Part shown: piece by piece, positions 27,361 through 42,047 of the stretch
Position numbering within the stretch: the first letter of the stretch is position 1
Layout of the letters: the number at the start of each line of letters is the position of its first letter
Assembly (NCBI GenBank): GCA_951406725.2
Contig: OX597826.1
Span: 56,048,001 to 56,112,000 of the forward strand
Reading direction: 5' to 3'
From: Octopus vulgaris
Lineage: Eukaryota
DNA length: 64,000 bases
Translations under genes and position numbers: made by a program
The notes under the pieces: model-generated
Told to the model about the DNA's origin: nothing
The model's input: only the letters and a program-made list of their open reading frames with translations
The model's database searches: none

Positions 27361-27523
27361 CTTTATTTAAAAGCAGCAGAAATTCAAAAAAGCCTGTTAC
27401 TCGGAGTTTCACGTTCCCGTTCGTCGGACAGAATTTCTGCTGCTTTTAAAAAAGCATATTACTCTACCCCTGGTATTTGAGTACTCTTTTTTCCACCTTG
27501 TTTCACATGTATGTGTTTACTCC

Positions 27524-27525
<2 letters not shown>
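27361..27525. mobile_element. Short hammerhead-bearing element with inverted 5' part
   Basis: TTTAAAAGCAGCAGAAATTC inverted repeat; hammerhead on minus strand; (TA)n flanks; sister copy 38564-38724. Confidence 0.75.
27394..27431 (-). ncRNA. Minimal type-I hammerhead ribozyme (U4C core variant)
   Basis: CTGT-CCGACGA-ACG(GGAA)CGT-GAAA-CTCCGAG-TA-ACAG; all three helices pair. Confidence 0.65.
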
Positions 27526-27615
<90 letters not shown>

Positions 27616-28472
27616 TGTATATATATAAATGAGCATACACGAAATCAAAAAGCATCGCTAAAAAGGTCACAGATATGTGACGAAAGATTACAGGTCCATA
27701 GACATGAGTTAAAATAAAAACGAAAATAATAAGAACAGTAATAAACGAGTGAAGAATAAATATATAGTGCGTGTGTTTATTTGGCTAAAAAAATGAACGT
27801 CCCGAAATACAACAACATATATATATGTGTGTGTGTGTGTGTGCGCGCGTGCACACACAGACGTTTATATATGACTGTCTGATAAACGGTCACATACACT
27901 ATGTAACAGTTTAATAAAATAACGTATATGTGCATGTATGTGCCTATGAATGTATGTATGAATGTATGTAGATGTGTATGTATGTATATATATATATATT
28001 ACATATACATACATATTCACACACACACAAATATATATATATGTAAATACACACACACGCACACACACACGCACACACACACGCACACACACATATGTCA
28101 TGTGCGTAACCTAATCGGTGAGCTGTTGGGGGAGACGATAATTAGAAATATATACGGCAGTCTCTCCGATGTCATATAAGATGAACGTAAACTAAAGTTG
28201 CCTGATGAGGCATAATAGGACTGAAACATGAATGGACTTGTCAGCATAACCATCAAGATTTAAACTCACTTACCTCTCTTCATTGCAATTCTCGTTGACG
28301 CTGATAATTTTTTTCTCATTCCAGTTATAATTTCCATTAATTACATACTAATTCTGGTTAAGCACCTAAGGAACTATATTTAGCACTTACCTGAACGTAT
28401 GAATGCATGCATATATGTGTGCCATGTTCGCGGATATACATGTATATGTATATGTATTTGTATATGTGCATG

Positions 28473-28539
<67 letters not shown>

Positions 28540-29033
28540 TTATATTTATATATAGATAGATCTATATATAATATATATTTACATACATGCATATATATGT
28601 GTGAGTGTGTATACATGTGTGTGTATATGTATATATATTATTATTATTGTTATTGTTATTATTATTAATAAACATTAATAAGATGAAACTGACACAGAGC
28701 AAGCCTTCATCGTTATTATTATTAGAAATAAAATATTATTATTTATTATTATTATTATTATTATTATCATCATCATCATTATTATTATTATTGTTTTATT
28801 ATTATTAAATTTTATTTGAAACATATGACAGATATAGCTACGTTGCGTTAAGTGCTTGGTTTTACATTTGTATGGTTAATTTCATAAGAGTTCACTGGGT
28901 CTTAATGAGTGGCACATTTTCTCATTAATCAAAAGATGTATATTTTAATTCTTTCTCTCTCAACCACTCTCTGTCTCTTTCTCTATCTCTGTCTCTTTCT
29001 CTGTCTCTCTCGCACACACAGACACACACACAC

Positions 29034-29091
<58 letters not shown>

Positions 29092-29353
29092 GTCGAAGAG
29101 AGAGAGAGACATAGAAAGAAAGCTAGATGGATTAGAATATCAATATATATATGTATATAAATACTTATAAACATGTATATATAGATACATACATATACAT
29201 TTATCTATATGCACGCACACACACACACACATATACATGTCTGTATATATATGTATGCATAAGTGTCTGTGTGTGTCATTAATAATAAATTCTTATATAT
29301 TCCATCTTCCGTCTTTCAGTTGCCATATATATATATATATATACATGTATATG

Positions 29354-29408
<55 letters not shown>

Positions 29409-29662
29409 ATATATGTATGTATGAATATATATGTATGTAGATATATGCATTTGTATATTTTACGTGTATTCATATATGTACAGAAACTTATACATATATA
29501 TATATATACTCACCAACAGGGTCATATAAGCATAATGATTTAAGCATTCACTGATTTATAGAGCCACAACCCTATAAGACAGTCATTAGGAAGCAAATAC
29601 TTAAACTTACTTCCTAAAGAAACGAATACTATATTTAGCACGTGTACAACCGTCCACTTAAA

Positions 29663-29957
29663 TATAAAGAAGTCTGATCAATAAGTATCCGGACTCTAGC
29701 CATAGTAACGAAGCTAAAGCACGCAGAACAAACCTGCTAGGCACAAATTGGCCTTGATCTTAGCTGCGTATGTACACTGAGTCTTAATACTCTAGCTCAC
29801 TTCCGCTGTTTACAGCAGTGTTTGGAAGGAAGGTGTGTAGCGTTTGATCGTCGTATTGATCACGACAGAGAAAGTTAGCGAGGTGATACTCAGAGGCCTA
29901 CGCAAAGTTTCAAAAAGTGTATGATGAAAAGCTACACACAAGTGTACGAGTGGTTCA
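29663..29957 (+). mobile_element. Mariner 5' remnant
   Basis: TIR-like GAAGTCTGATCAATAAGTATCCGGACT; peptides EAYAKFQKVY and QVYEWF typical of the mariner N-terminal HTH. Confidence 0.6.
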
Positions 29958-29965
29958 TGTATGTA

Positions 29966-30017
<52 letters not shown>

Positions 30018-30047
30018 AATAATTAATAATTATATATATATATATAC

Positions 30048-30098
<51 letters not shown>

Positions 30099-30211
30099 CA
30101 TGCATAAAGTATCTTGCAAACCAAATCATTCTCTTTTAGTGCCTCCCATAAACATCTTGCAAGCCAAATCCCAAAACGAAATATATATGCATGTATATAT
30201 ATGTGTGTGTG

Positions 30212-30259
<48 letters not shown>

Positions 30260-30302
30260 CCTATATATATATATGTATATATATGCATATATGTATACAT
30301 TC

Positions 30303-30341
<39 letters not shown>

Positions 30342-30416
30342 ATATATGCATATATGTATATATTCATTCTATCTATATATATATATACATACATACACGA
30401 CTACATACATAAATAC

Positions 30417-30467
<51 letters not shown>

Positions 30468-30514
30468 CATACATATATATATACAAACACACACATATAT
30501 ATATATACACTTCA

Positions 30515-30960
30515 TACTTGTGAGGAGTCATGATGTCTGCAATGCATTAGGTAGACTGTTTCATGCTAGTTAGTAGGAGACGCGTTATTTGCATATAAAA
30601 GTTTTGTAGCTTGGAACACTTTGCTGTAGAAATTCCTGCCGAATCCAGACCAATTGGCATCAATAGGTATGCGCTCTTTGACGCCTATTTGTTTTGATGG
30701 CTATGGATCGGGGCCAGTAGGGATTTAACATTTCTAGTGGATGGAAGCTATCCAGAGAGTAAACCTCGTCCAACGACGATAAGTAGACAATATTTCTGAC
30801 CTCCAATTAAATGATATCGATGTCTGCTTTAGCTTGGTATGTTTAATGAATAATTGATGTATTGAATAGCTTAATTGATGTTGATCCATCCTACGCTCCT
30901 GTCGAATTAGATTGTCAGTGGGTTGAATATGAAAAAAGATGAATATTAAGTTCGTTATCA
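30515..30960 (-). mobile_element. Possible old CR1/L2 LINE 3' relic
   Basis: Minus-strand A*NSLPNALQ resembles the WNxLP motif; otherwise heavily degenerate. Confidence 0.3.
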
Positions 30961-30988
30961 ATTGTTTTGGGATACACTGTATTTGAGC

Positions 30989-31030
<42 letters not shown>

Positions 31031-31052
31031 AGAGGGTGAGAGAGAGAAAGAG

Positions 31053-31136
<84 letters not shown>

Positions 31137-31138
<2 letters not shown>

Positions 31139-31213
31139 CTTACTTGGAAAAGGATGCGTGACGTTCGATCATATAATAATATAAATAATATATAAATATA
31201 TGCATATATACAT

Positions 31214-31254
<41 letters not shown>

Positions 31255-31500
31255 TATATGGGTACAGGATATCAAAAAAACGTTGAACACAATGAGAAAC
31301 GAAAACATAAAAACAAAAACATAGAAACGAACTTTTGGGGGAAACAACGAAAAAAATAAACAGAGAAACGATATATGCAACAAAAAGAATATTCCCCTTC
31401 TTCAGTTGTCCCTGCTTCATCTACGTTACGAAGGCAAGGACAATACTCGACTTCGTTGAAACAGTCCTTCCCGCAGAGCAATTTTGGGGGGATATTTCAG
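31137..31500 (-). mobile_element. Second copy of the 1406-1702 pLTR-like family
   Basis: Shared CTTACTT.GAAA.GGATGCGTG, GGGTACAGGA, ATTCCCCTTCTTCAGT blocks. Confidence 0.7.
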
Positions 31501-31726
31501 TCATTAGATTGCGGTTATGCTGGAGTAACACCTTGAAGAATTTGTACTTGGACTAATTGATCGCAGTACTCGATCAATTGTTGTTCTATCTGCTGCTTTT
31601 GAGGAACCAGTAAGTTGCGATGACATAAACACACCAAAGTCGTTGTCAAACGGTAGTGGGAGATAAACACATACAAGGGCACACACAGACACAAAGGTAC
31701 ACACACTCATTCATTATATACACACT

Positions 31727-31778
<52 letters not shown>

Positions 31779-31821
31779 TATATTTATATGTATATATATA
31801 TATATATATATGTAAATATAC

Positions 31822-31908
<87 letters not shown>

Positions 31909-32208
31909 TATACGACAGGCTTCTTTCCGTTTCCGTCTACCAAATCCAATCAAGTGGCTTTGATCGGCCCATGGTTATAGTAAAAGAAATTTGCACACAA
32001 GGTGCGACGCGGTGGTGTTGAACCTGGAATCGTGTGGTTTGGAAGCAAGCTTCTTAATACAGATGCACGTACATATATATATATATGTTTACAAATGTAT
32101 ATCTATCTATCTACGCATACACACATGCCAAATGGTGCCACGCAGTGGGACTGAAACCAGAACCATGCGGTTGGTAAGCATGCTACTTACCACACAGCCA
32201 CTCCTAAG
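31494..32208 (-). mobile_element. Degenerate SINE A plus extra head fragment (32127-32208)
   Basis: TTTCCGTCTACCAAATCC and GGTGCCACGCAGTGGGACTGAA blocks. Confidence 0.7.
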
Positions 32209-32364
32209 CATATATATTTATCTTAAATTTGTTTACAGGAAACGTTTTGAATATGCAGATAAAGCACCTATTGCATTATGCTGACCACGGTCTAATGATG
32301 TCGACTGATGGACCAGTTTTTTGGGGGTTGCATCTAACTATACCGATATAATGTATGTTAAATA

Positions 32365-32535
32365 TAGTAATAACAACAATAATCCTAGAATGGAGTTTAT
32401 AAATATGTTAATGTATGGCTATGCGCCTTTTCACAAATCACGTCTCTTAATGTCACTGACTGTGATTTGTGCAAAAGCGCACAGCGCTGCATTAAAGTAT
32501 CTATAAATGCCATCCAAGGATTATTATTCTTATTA

Positions 32536-32538
<3 letters not shown>
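32365..32538. repeat. Foldback element (~75-bp imperfect arms)
   Basis: AATAATCCT...GCGCCTTTTCACAAATCAC vs GTGATTTGTGCAAAAGCGC...AGGATTATT. Confidence 0.6.
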
Positions 32539-32587
<49 letters not shown>

Positions 32588-33093
32588 GGAAATCTCGCAT
32601 ATGCATGTATATATTCCCGGTTATATATATATATAAATATATATATGTGTGTGTGTGTACGTATTCAACGTTACCAGAAGTTGAACAGCAGGACTTAGGC
32701 GACGCTGAAACAGCAGAATTATGAAGCATGAGAAGAGAAAGATGAATGAAATTAGAGTAAGAAATATAACTAAGTGCTGTAAGCTATTTAGTGAAATGAT
32801 CTACAAATTTCTGCCAAGTCACCATTCTCTATTTAGTGAAATATTAGTTTCTATCTGTGATTGGTTTAATCCATTTAGAGTCGGAATTGTTGTGAAGTGG
32901 TTTGCTAATGAATTAATTCTATTAGACATCAGAGAAAATTGAAGACCGATTCCATAGACAGTTTCATTAAATGGAACGAATGATTGTTTGGCACCTCTAC
33001 GATCTCCCGATAATGTCTGTAGCATCACGCTTACCATTCATTGTTCTTTCTTCTTCATCTCTCATTCTCTCGCCTTCTCTCTCGCAACCTCAG

Positions 33094-33189
<96 letters not shown>

Positions 33190-33190
33190 C

Positions 33191-33242
<52 letters not shown>

Positions 33243-33245
33243 ATC

Positions 33246-33316
<71 letters not shown>

Positions 33317-33317
33317 C
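33094..33317. repeat. (TCTA)n microsatellite
   Basis: Direct inspection. Confidence 0.95.
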
Positions 33318-33660
33318 TCAGTCAGTCGATCTCATACACTTCCTCTTTGTTTCTGCCAATGTATTAGAATGACATGTGCATGTTTCTCTGTATGTCGAAT
33401 TTTACAAATACAGAATGCGTCATACGAGCATATAATAATTATATGTAGTGAAATATATGTGTACGTGTATGTGTGTATGTGTGGTAGGGCAATGTGCGTA
33501 TTTCTGCACACATACTAAATACTTGTATGCATATATTTGTAAATATATATATAAATATTATTTGTGATAGAATAAATGTGAATCTATATATGCATATATA
33601 CACAAAGACTGCATGTGTAGATATACGCATAAACATATATTTACATAAGCATACCCATAA

Positions 33661-33695
<35 letters not shown>

Positions 33696-33808
33696 TGTAT
33701 GTATGTATGTATGTATGTATGTATGTATGTATGTATGTGCTTATGTACGTGTATATGTGTGTATAAATATATATGTTTATGTAGTGTATATGTATATATA
33801 AATATATA

Positions 33809-33868
<60 letters not shown>

Positions 33869-34167
33869 TGTATGTATGTGTGCAGATTTTTCTGCAAAAT
33901 ATGGATAGTTTATCCTGTTCAAGCTATATTATTAGCATTATCCTGCGTTTGACAATAAGATAATTCCTTTATCTGTATCTTTCAACACATCTCAACGCTT
34001 CTGAAGCAAACTTTGTTGACTTTCAACTTAAGTTGAATTTAACATACATATATAAGTTGTGTGTTTTATACTTACATAAATATATTTTATTTTATAATAG
34101 GCTATATTACATTATATTATATCATATTGTATTATAATACGGTAACATTATATCATATAATATAATG

Positions 34168-34465
34168 AAGGTTCACGATCGTAAGATAATGAATTCGATT
34201 TCGACAACACGTTGCGTTCTTGAACAAGATAATTTATTCACTTCAAATTGCCTCATTTCACTCAGCAGAAATAAATAAGTAGTACTTGTACTTCGAAGAA
34301 CCAGCCTTGTCATATTCTGTGACACGCCAAATGTCCTCGAGATCTCAATTGAGGGTACGCGTGTCCCTGGAATGCTCGGCCACTTAAATGTTAATCTAAC
34401 GAGCAGTCTTTTCTGCTGATCGCATCAACTGGAAACCTCGCCACTGTAACAGACGGTGAGCCAGG
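34168..34465 (+). mobile_element. Degenerate SINE H2+T1
   Basis: GTTCTTGAACAAGA core and CCAGCCTTGTCA...ACAGACGG tail. Confidence 0.65.
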
Positions 34466-35974
34466 ATATCTTATATTACATTATATAATCAGTATATTGA
34501 AGCATATTTGTGTGTGAGTATATGTGTAATATATATGGCCATATATACCCATACGGTGTTGCTGTATTCGTGTTAGTTTGACAACTGTTGAGAGACATTG
34601 TATGATATTTTGTATATTCGTGTTAGTAAAACTAACACAAACATACAAGGTATCACAGCGATGTTAGTGAAACTAACACGAATACATGAGGTATCATAGC
34701 AATATTTCAACTAAGGTACATATTTTATATAACCTTGAGCTATATTGTTTCGGTATCACGTGGTGCGAAGTTAATGAACTTTGACAAGAACTGAAGAAAG
34801 TTCACCAAAATGCCAAGATAATTGGGTATAATCACAGAGTTTTATTCCTCAGGAATGTATGTAGGGTGTTAAGGGAATAACACCGAAATTATATATTGGT
34901 GTGCATGTGTGTGTCTATCTGTGTGTGTGTGCATGTGTATATATCTATACAGAGAGAGAGAGAGAGACAGACAAATAGACAGACAGACGGAGAGCGAAGG
35001 AGAGAGATGTACATACATACTTACACACATATGTATATATATATATATATATACATCTACACGCACACATAAACATATGAATATGTATATATACACATAT
35101 ACACACATGTACACACAGACACACACACATATGCATATATACATATTTATATATATACTCATATACACACACGCACACACACACACACACATATATGTAT
35201 ATACATTAGGCAAAGGTTGTCTGCTCCATGTGTTATATATGTTAATATATTCAATATGTCTTTCATATTCTTTTCTATTTTTTTCATTCCGTTTCGAATA
35301 TTTTTCTTCCTTTTTTTTTCTTTTCACTAAAGTATTTTTTTTCAGTTGCTAATCCTTCAGGCGCAAAACCTTTTCCCATCGCATGTGCGGGTGTATTGCT
35401 AGTTTGTCTATATATCTGCAAGTATGTATGCATGAGTATATATATGTGTGTGTGTGTGTGTGTTTGTGTGCGTGTGTGTATATTATAAACATACACATAT
35501 GTATGTGTATGTATGTACGTATGTAGGTAGGTATGTATGTATGTATGTATGCATGCATGAATGTATGTACGTATGTATGTAAGTATATATGTAAGTATGT
35601 ATGTATGTATGTATGTACGTATGTATGTATGTATGTATGCATGCATGTATGTATGTATGTATGAGTGTGCATGTATGTATATATGTATGTAAGTATGTAT
35701 GTACGTATGTATGTATGTATGTATGTATGTATGTATGTATGTATGTATGTATGTATGTATGTGAATTCTGTTTATGTTAATTGTTACTGTATTTAAATGA
35801 TACTTTTACTACAAGAGTGTTTTGATAGCTAAATATTTGTTGGTTTTACTTGTATAAATGTGCATGGGTTTTGCAGATGGTGTGTGCATGTATTTCTCTT
35901 TTACGAGTTGTTGCGTGTCGGTGGGGTTTCAGTCCATACATCAATCCGAGATTAGTAGATGGAAGAAACGATCT

Positions 35975-36170
35975 GAAGATCAAAGGAGGGGCCCGGAGAT
36001 GCAGAGAGGACCCAGAGACCCAAAGAGGACGTTGAAGAGCAAAGGAGGGCCTCGAAAATATAAAGAAGGTCCTGGAGTTGCAGAGGAGCGTTTAGAGCCA
36101 AGGAAGAACACGAAGATTCAAGGAGAGCCCTGAAGATTCAATGTGAAGATTCTCAGAGATCAAAGAAGGG
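35975..36170. repeat. Degenerate ~20-bp purine-rich minisatellite
   Basis: GAAGATCAAAGGAGGGGCCC-like units. Confidence 0.6.
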
Positions 36171-36757
36171 GGTTATATTACCATAGTAGAGTCAAGGGAC
36201 CAGAAGAGTAGGGGTTACAAGGAAGTACCCAAATATCGAAGAAAAAGCGTGGAGCACCAATAAAAGCCTCATGAATTTCTACCGAGTTGTGGGGCCCTCG
36301 TAACCTCGTCCTGCCTCACAATATTTTTCTCCAAGACCCTGGGCGTAATTGTGGATGTACCACTGAATGTGTGTGCCACTGTGTCTTTTATATATGTCTG
36401 TCTTCTTATAAACTTGTATATGTTTCCCTATAACCACAGAAATCCTCAACAGCGATTGGATGTTTACATGTCTTGCGTTGGTATTATGCACGTCTATATG
36501 TATCTAGTGTGTATGTCTTTGTTTTTAATGGTTTGATCTGAGGAAGAGACTATCCCCATGACATTTACAGGCCCTCATCACCGACATGGATGTGTCTGGC
36601 ATCAATAACGTTTCCCTGTAACAATAAGTCGATAGCTTCTCGTAGTACATTTACCAGTAAGATTCCGATAGGCGACCGTTCTAGCGGGGAAGGATTAGTC
36701 GAAGTAGGCAATGAGAAGTTGGTGCGTTAAATGATATATGGATGATATATGATATAT

Positions 36758-36920
36758 GGAGTTCAAATTCCGCCGAGGTCGACTTTGCCTTTCATCCTTT
36801 CGGGGTCGATAAATTAAGTACCAGTTACGCACTGGGGTTGATATAATCGACTTAATCCGTTTTCTGTCCTTGTTTGTCCCCTCTGTGTTTAGCCCCTTGT
36901 GGGTAATAAAGAAATAGAAA
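36758..36920 (+). mobile_element. SINE family C, 5'-truncated
   Basis: GAGTTCAAATTCCGCCGAGGTCGACTTTGCCTTTCATCC...GTGGGTAATAAAGAAA. Confidence 0.85.
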
Positions 36921-37460
36921 TAGATATATGGATGATAATTAGAGTGAAGGATGTTTGTGGAGTACTGAATTAACGTGGCGTGAGAAGAGTCAATTCGTAG
37001 GAGCAGGCTTTTCTAATAGCGGTAGAAAATCCAGGTTAGCAACAACAAATGTTGCTTCCATATTGTCGGCATCATTTCGTGCATCTTCGTGCGCACGTGT
37101 GTATTTTTTTTTTTTTTTGGTGGGGAGCTGTTTACTTGTATGTTTGCGTGTAAGAAAGAGTATATACGTGACAGCATGTTTGGCAACTTGCGTGTATGTC
37201 AGCATGTCTGTGCATATGTGTAAGCGTTTATGTAGCCATGCATGGGTGCAATGATCCAGGTTTCATCTTGTATACTCCACACACCCATATGCTCTCCTCT
37301 TTCAACCCGTTCAACTACTGATCACTGGCTTATCTTACTATATATTGTTTCTCTTCTCCTTCCTTTCTTCCTTTTTATTTTTCCTTATTTTTCTCTTGCT
37401 CTCCTTCTCTTTGCCCCACTCGTTTTTTCCTTCTTTTCTATCTATATTTCTTCCTTTCGA

Positions 37461-37885
37461 AAGCGACGAGCTGGCAGAATCGTTAGCACGCCGGGCGAAA
37501 TGCTCAGCGGTATTTCGTCTGCCGCTACGTTCTGAGTTCAAATTCCGCCGATGTCGACTTTGCCTTTCATCCTTTCGGGGTCGATTAAATAAGTACTAGT
37601 TACGCACTAGGGTTGATATAATCGACTTAATCCGTTTGTCTGTCTTTGTTTGTCCCCTCTGTGTTTAGCCCCTTGTGGAGAATAAAGAAATAAGAAACGT
37701 TAGCTTAGCGGTATTTCGTCCGTCTTTACGCTCTGAGTTCAACTTCCGCTAAGGTCGTCTTTGCCTTTCATCCTTTCGGAGGTCGATAAATTAAGTACCA
37801 GTTGCGTACAAGGGTCGATCTAATTGACTGGCCCCCCTCTCCAAAAATTTTGGGCCTTGGGCCTTGTGCCTAGAGTAAATAAAAA
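37461..37885 (+). mobile_element. Two tandem SINE C-type copies; the second has a different tail
   Basis: GAGCTGGCAGAATCGTTAG...GAGTTCAAATTCC boxes; second unit from ~37695 ends GGCCTTGTGCCTAGAGTAAATAAAA. Confidence 0.8.
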
Positions 37886-38504
37886 AAAAAGAATATTTCT
37901 TCCTTTCTGTCACTGTCCCTTATCTTTTTCTCTCCCTTCTCTTCTTACTCTGTCACTCCTTCATGAACTCCCACCTTATTCCTTTATCCTTTCTGTGCCT
38001 CCCTTCCATCTCCACTAACGTATGGTGTGTGTCTGCATGTCTTTACGTGTATGTGAGGTTGTGTATGGCTACATATCTGACAGCCTTTCTTCCGGCCATC
38101 TTCTCTGCTAACCCTAATCCAAAACCGGTTTGTAAATTTAACAAGCCTTCTGTTTTACAGATTCTCTTGATAGAGTTGCGTGCTTACATTCATCATATAC
38201 TCTCCCTTGTATGAGGAACCAGCAACACGTCACAGAAGATCCGGAAATGCATCCTACTGGCTCAACCTAAATATACAACTTCACTCTTCCTTTCACCAAG
38301 GGTTTGTTGTGGTGGGTGCATATGTGTGCGTGTGTGCACCTCTAAATACAGAATAGACAAATATATTTACGTCCATCTCAGTATTGTAATGGAATATTTT
38401 TGTTGCAATAGGAAAACAGACGTGGTTTTCAAATATGTTTTCTTTCACATTGAGTATTTCAATTCAACTCACATAAACACACAGACACAAGCAAACACAC
38501 ACAC

Positions 38505-38563
<59 letters not shown>

Positions 38564-38724
38564 CTTTATTTAAAAGCAGCAGAAAATCCAACAACGGGAA
38601 CGTGAAACTCAGAGTAACAGGTTTTGTTGAATTTTCTGCTGCTTTAAATAAAGCATATTACTCTACCACTGGTATTTGAGTACGCTTTTTTCCACCTTGT
38701 TTCACATTTATGTGTTTACTCCGG
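38564..38724 (+). mobile_element. Sister copy of the 27361 element
   Basis: Same inverted start CTTTATTTAAAAGCAGCAG and same end TTACTCCGG-(TA)n; partial hammerhead ACGGGAACGTGAAACTCAGAGTAACAG. Confidence 0.8.
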
Positions 38725-38749
38725 TATATATATATATGTATATATATAT

Positions 38750-38807
<58 letters not shown>

Positions 38808-38817
38808 GTATATGTGC

Positions 38818-38857
<40 letters not shown>

Positions 38858-38898
38858 AGAGAGAGATAAATATGTACATATATATACATACAAACACA

Positions 38899-38964
<66 letters not shown>

Positions 38965-39219
38965 ATTAGATGCATTATCTAATTTTTTGTCATAATATTC
39001 GTATGTAGTGAGATATCAGTCGAGTTTCATTTGTAACTTGTTGGCTGTATATGTCTCTGACATTTGGCAGACAAATTTTTGCCGAATTCATTTTTTGATT
39101 CTCTGTGTATTCTGTAAATCGGATGCATTCAGATATAATGTTATAAGTGCCTGCGTGTGTACGCATACACCACATGTATATCTGCATGTATGTGTGTGTG
39201 TTGTGTATGTATATATATA

Positions 39220-39657
<438 letters not shown>

Positions 39658-39690
39658 TATATATAGAGAGAGAGATTGAGAGAGAGAGAG

Positions 39691-39750
<60 letters not shown>

Positions 39751-41437
39751 TGATATGTGTATATATACACAAGTGTATATAAATTCGATAATATATACAA
39801 TACATATACGCACATATATATATAAATACAGAGAGAGAGAGAGAGAGAGTGAGAGAGAGAATGGAAGTGAGACAAAATTACATAGGTTTGTATATGTTTG
39901 CGTGTACCTGTGTAGGTATATATAAACTGAACTATCATGCAGATATTCTCTCAGGTGTCTGTATATATATATATTTATATATATGTATATATATACATAC
40001 ATATATGTCTATCAATCTATCTGTATATGTATATATGTGTGTATGTATACGTACTCATGTATAACACGAATATCTGCGTGATAGTTCGGTTTGCTCGTCA
40101 ATTATCATGGTGATAAGCCACAATCACAACAACCGAATCTCGAAGAGAAAGTACGAACAGCTAAAACCAAAAATGGCATTTACTATATAAATACCGAACA
40201 GGCAATGTTCTGACAAGTTTCAGAAAATCATTACAGAAATACAAATATTAAAAGTTTTCAATCAATTTCTACAAACTTCTAAACGATATTGAAATCGATG
40301 AGTGTGTGGGTTTTTTATGGTTTCTTATACCATGCATTAGACGTATCTCGTTGCAAACACCAGAAATATTTTGCCATCATATTGACATTCTATTTCCCTT
40401 GATATCTTCTCTCCGTACTTTTCATATCCTGGTAAAAACCTTTCTCCTACTTTCCTCTCCAACATTTTCTTAGATTGAAGAATTGCCGGAAAAACGATTG
40501 AAGAAAGAAAATACGAAACAAACCTTTCGGACTCATATTACAATCTAACACAATAATTTTGAAGCATATTTTTCATCAGCGTTTTATTATTTTTAGCATT
40601 TTTTTAGATCATATTTTTAGTGTTTCTTCGACATCCTTAAAACCAAGCAACGTTTATTTTTTATTTTTAGTCTTTGTGAGGATAAATCCATCGCTTAGCA
40701 ATAACTTCTAGGTCCTTTCTGCATCCCATAATATGTTAGAAAATAATAATCTCAGCTAATATAAACACGAAAAATTAATACATCGGTAAAGTTATATGAT
40801 AACTGCGAAAAGGAATTCTATCTAAATCTGAAAGAATTCTTGGTCCTCATGCAAATATACGAATGTGCAAGAGAACTAATCTTTTAAACATTGTCTTTGA
40901 TTTAGGCACAACATCAGCAATTTTGAGAAGTGGTTAATCGATACCACTGACCATATCTCTTGGCTTGCATGTTATTTTATGGACCCTAAAGGGATGAAAG
41001 GCAGAGATGACTTCGGTGGAATTTAAAACCAGAACGCAAGGTGCCGGAACGAATTTCGCTAGAAATTCCTTCCGATGTTCAAACAGTTCTACCCACCGTG
41101 TGTCTTAACCATCACGTCTTTAATAATAAAGAGGAAATAAAAAACGTAAACGAAATGGTATATAAAAAAAAGAAAACCTTCTTCAAATTCCATCGAGTAA
41201 CGATTCATAAAAGCACCATCCTATATTTCTTGTACAGGTAGAACAACGACTTTCTTGACACTAATGGTCCGGAACCTCTTCTAATCTGCACAAATTTAAG
41301 AACTGTAACTTCAAATTCTTGAGGCTGCCAGCTAGTTTGCCGCTACTAGACTAATTATCTTGTACAGCACAATATTAATGCATTTATGTCATTTATAGTA
41401 ATGTGCAGGTTTCTATATCTTATCTAATTACTTAAGT

Positions 41438-41880
41438 GGACGCAGGTGTGGCTGTGTGGCAAGAAGTTTGCTTCTCAACCACATGCTTCTGGGTTCAGTC
41501 CCACTGCGAGGAACTTTGGGCAAGTGTCTTTTACTATAGCCTCAGGCCAACCAAAGCTTTGTGACTGGCATTAGTAGACGGAAACTGAAAGATGCCCATT
41601 ATATATATATGTTTATATATATATATGTGTGTGAAATATACAGCCGAATATGAACACATATTTATCATTAATACCCACATCATTAATGTGTGTGTGCACC
41701 TTTGTGTCTATGTCCCCGTAACTTAATGGTTCGGCAAAAAAAAAACGAAAGAATAAGTGCTAGGCTTACGAAGAATAAGTCCCATGGTTGATTTCTTCGA
41801 CTAAAATCCTGTAAGGCTGTGCTCCAGCATGACCACAGTCAAATGACTGAAACATGTAAAAGAATGAAATAAAGAATAAA
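41438..41880 (+). mobile_element. SINE family A, diverged
   Basis: Head, core and CAGTCAAATGACTG tail. Confidence 0.8.
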
Positions 41881-42047
41881 ATGAATTTAATATTTGTCTA
41901 ATTTAGAGTGTGTTAACCAAGGTGACCGCATCTGGTTCGGAAAAATCGGTCATCCGAATAGTCTTTGAAACCAAAAGTTCCGGAATATTGCTGTTGTATC
42001 TGCATTAGATTTTGGGTTTTTTAAATTATATTTTTAATATATATATA

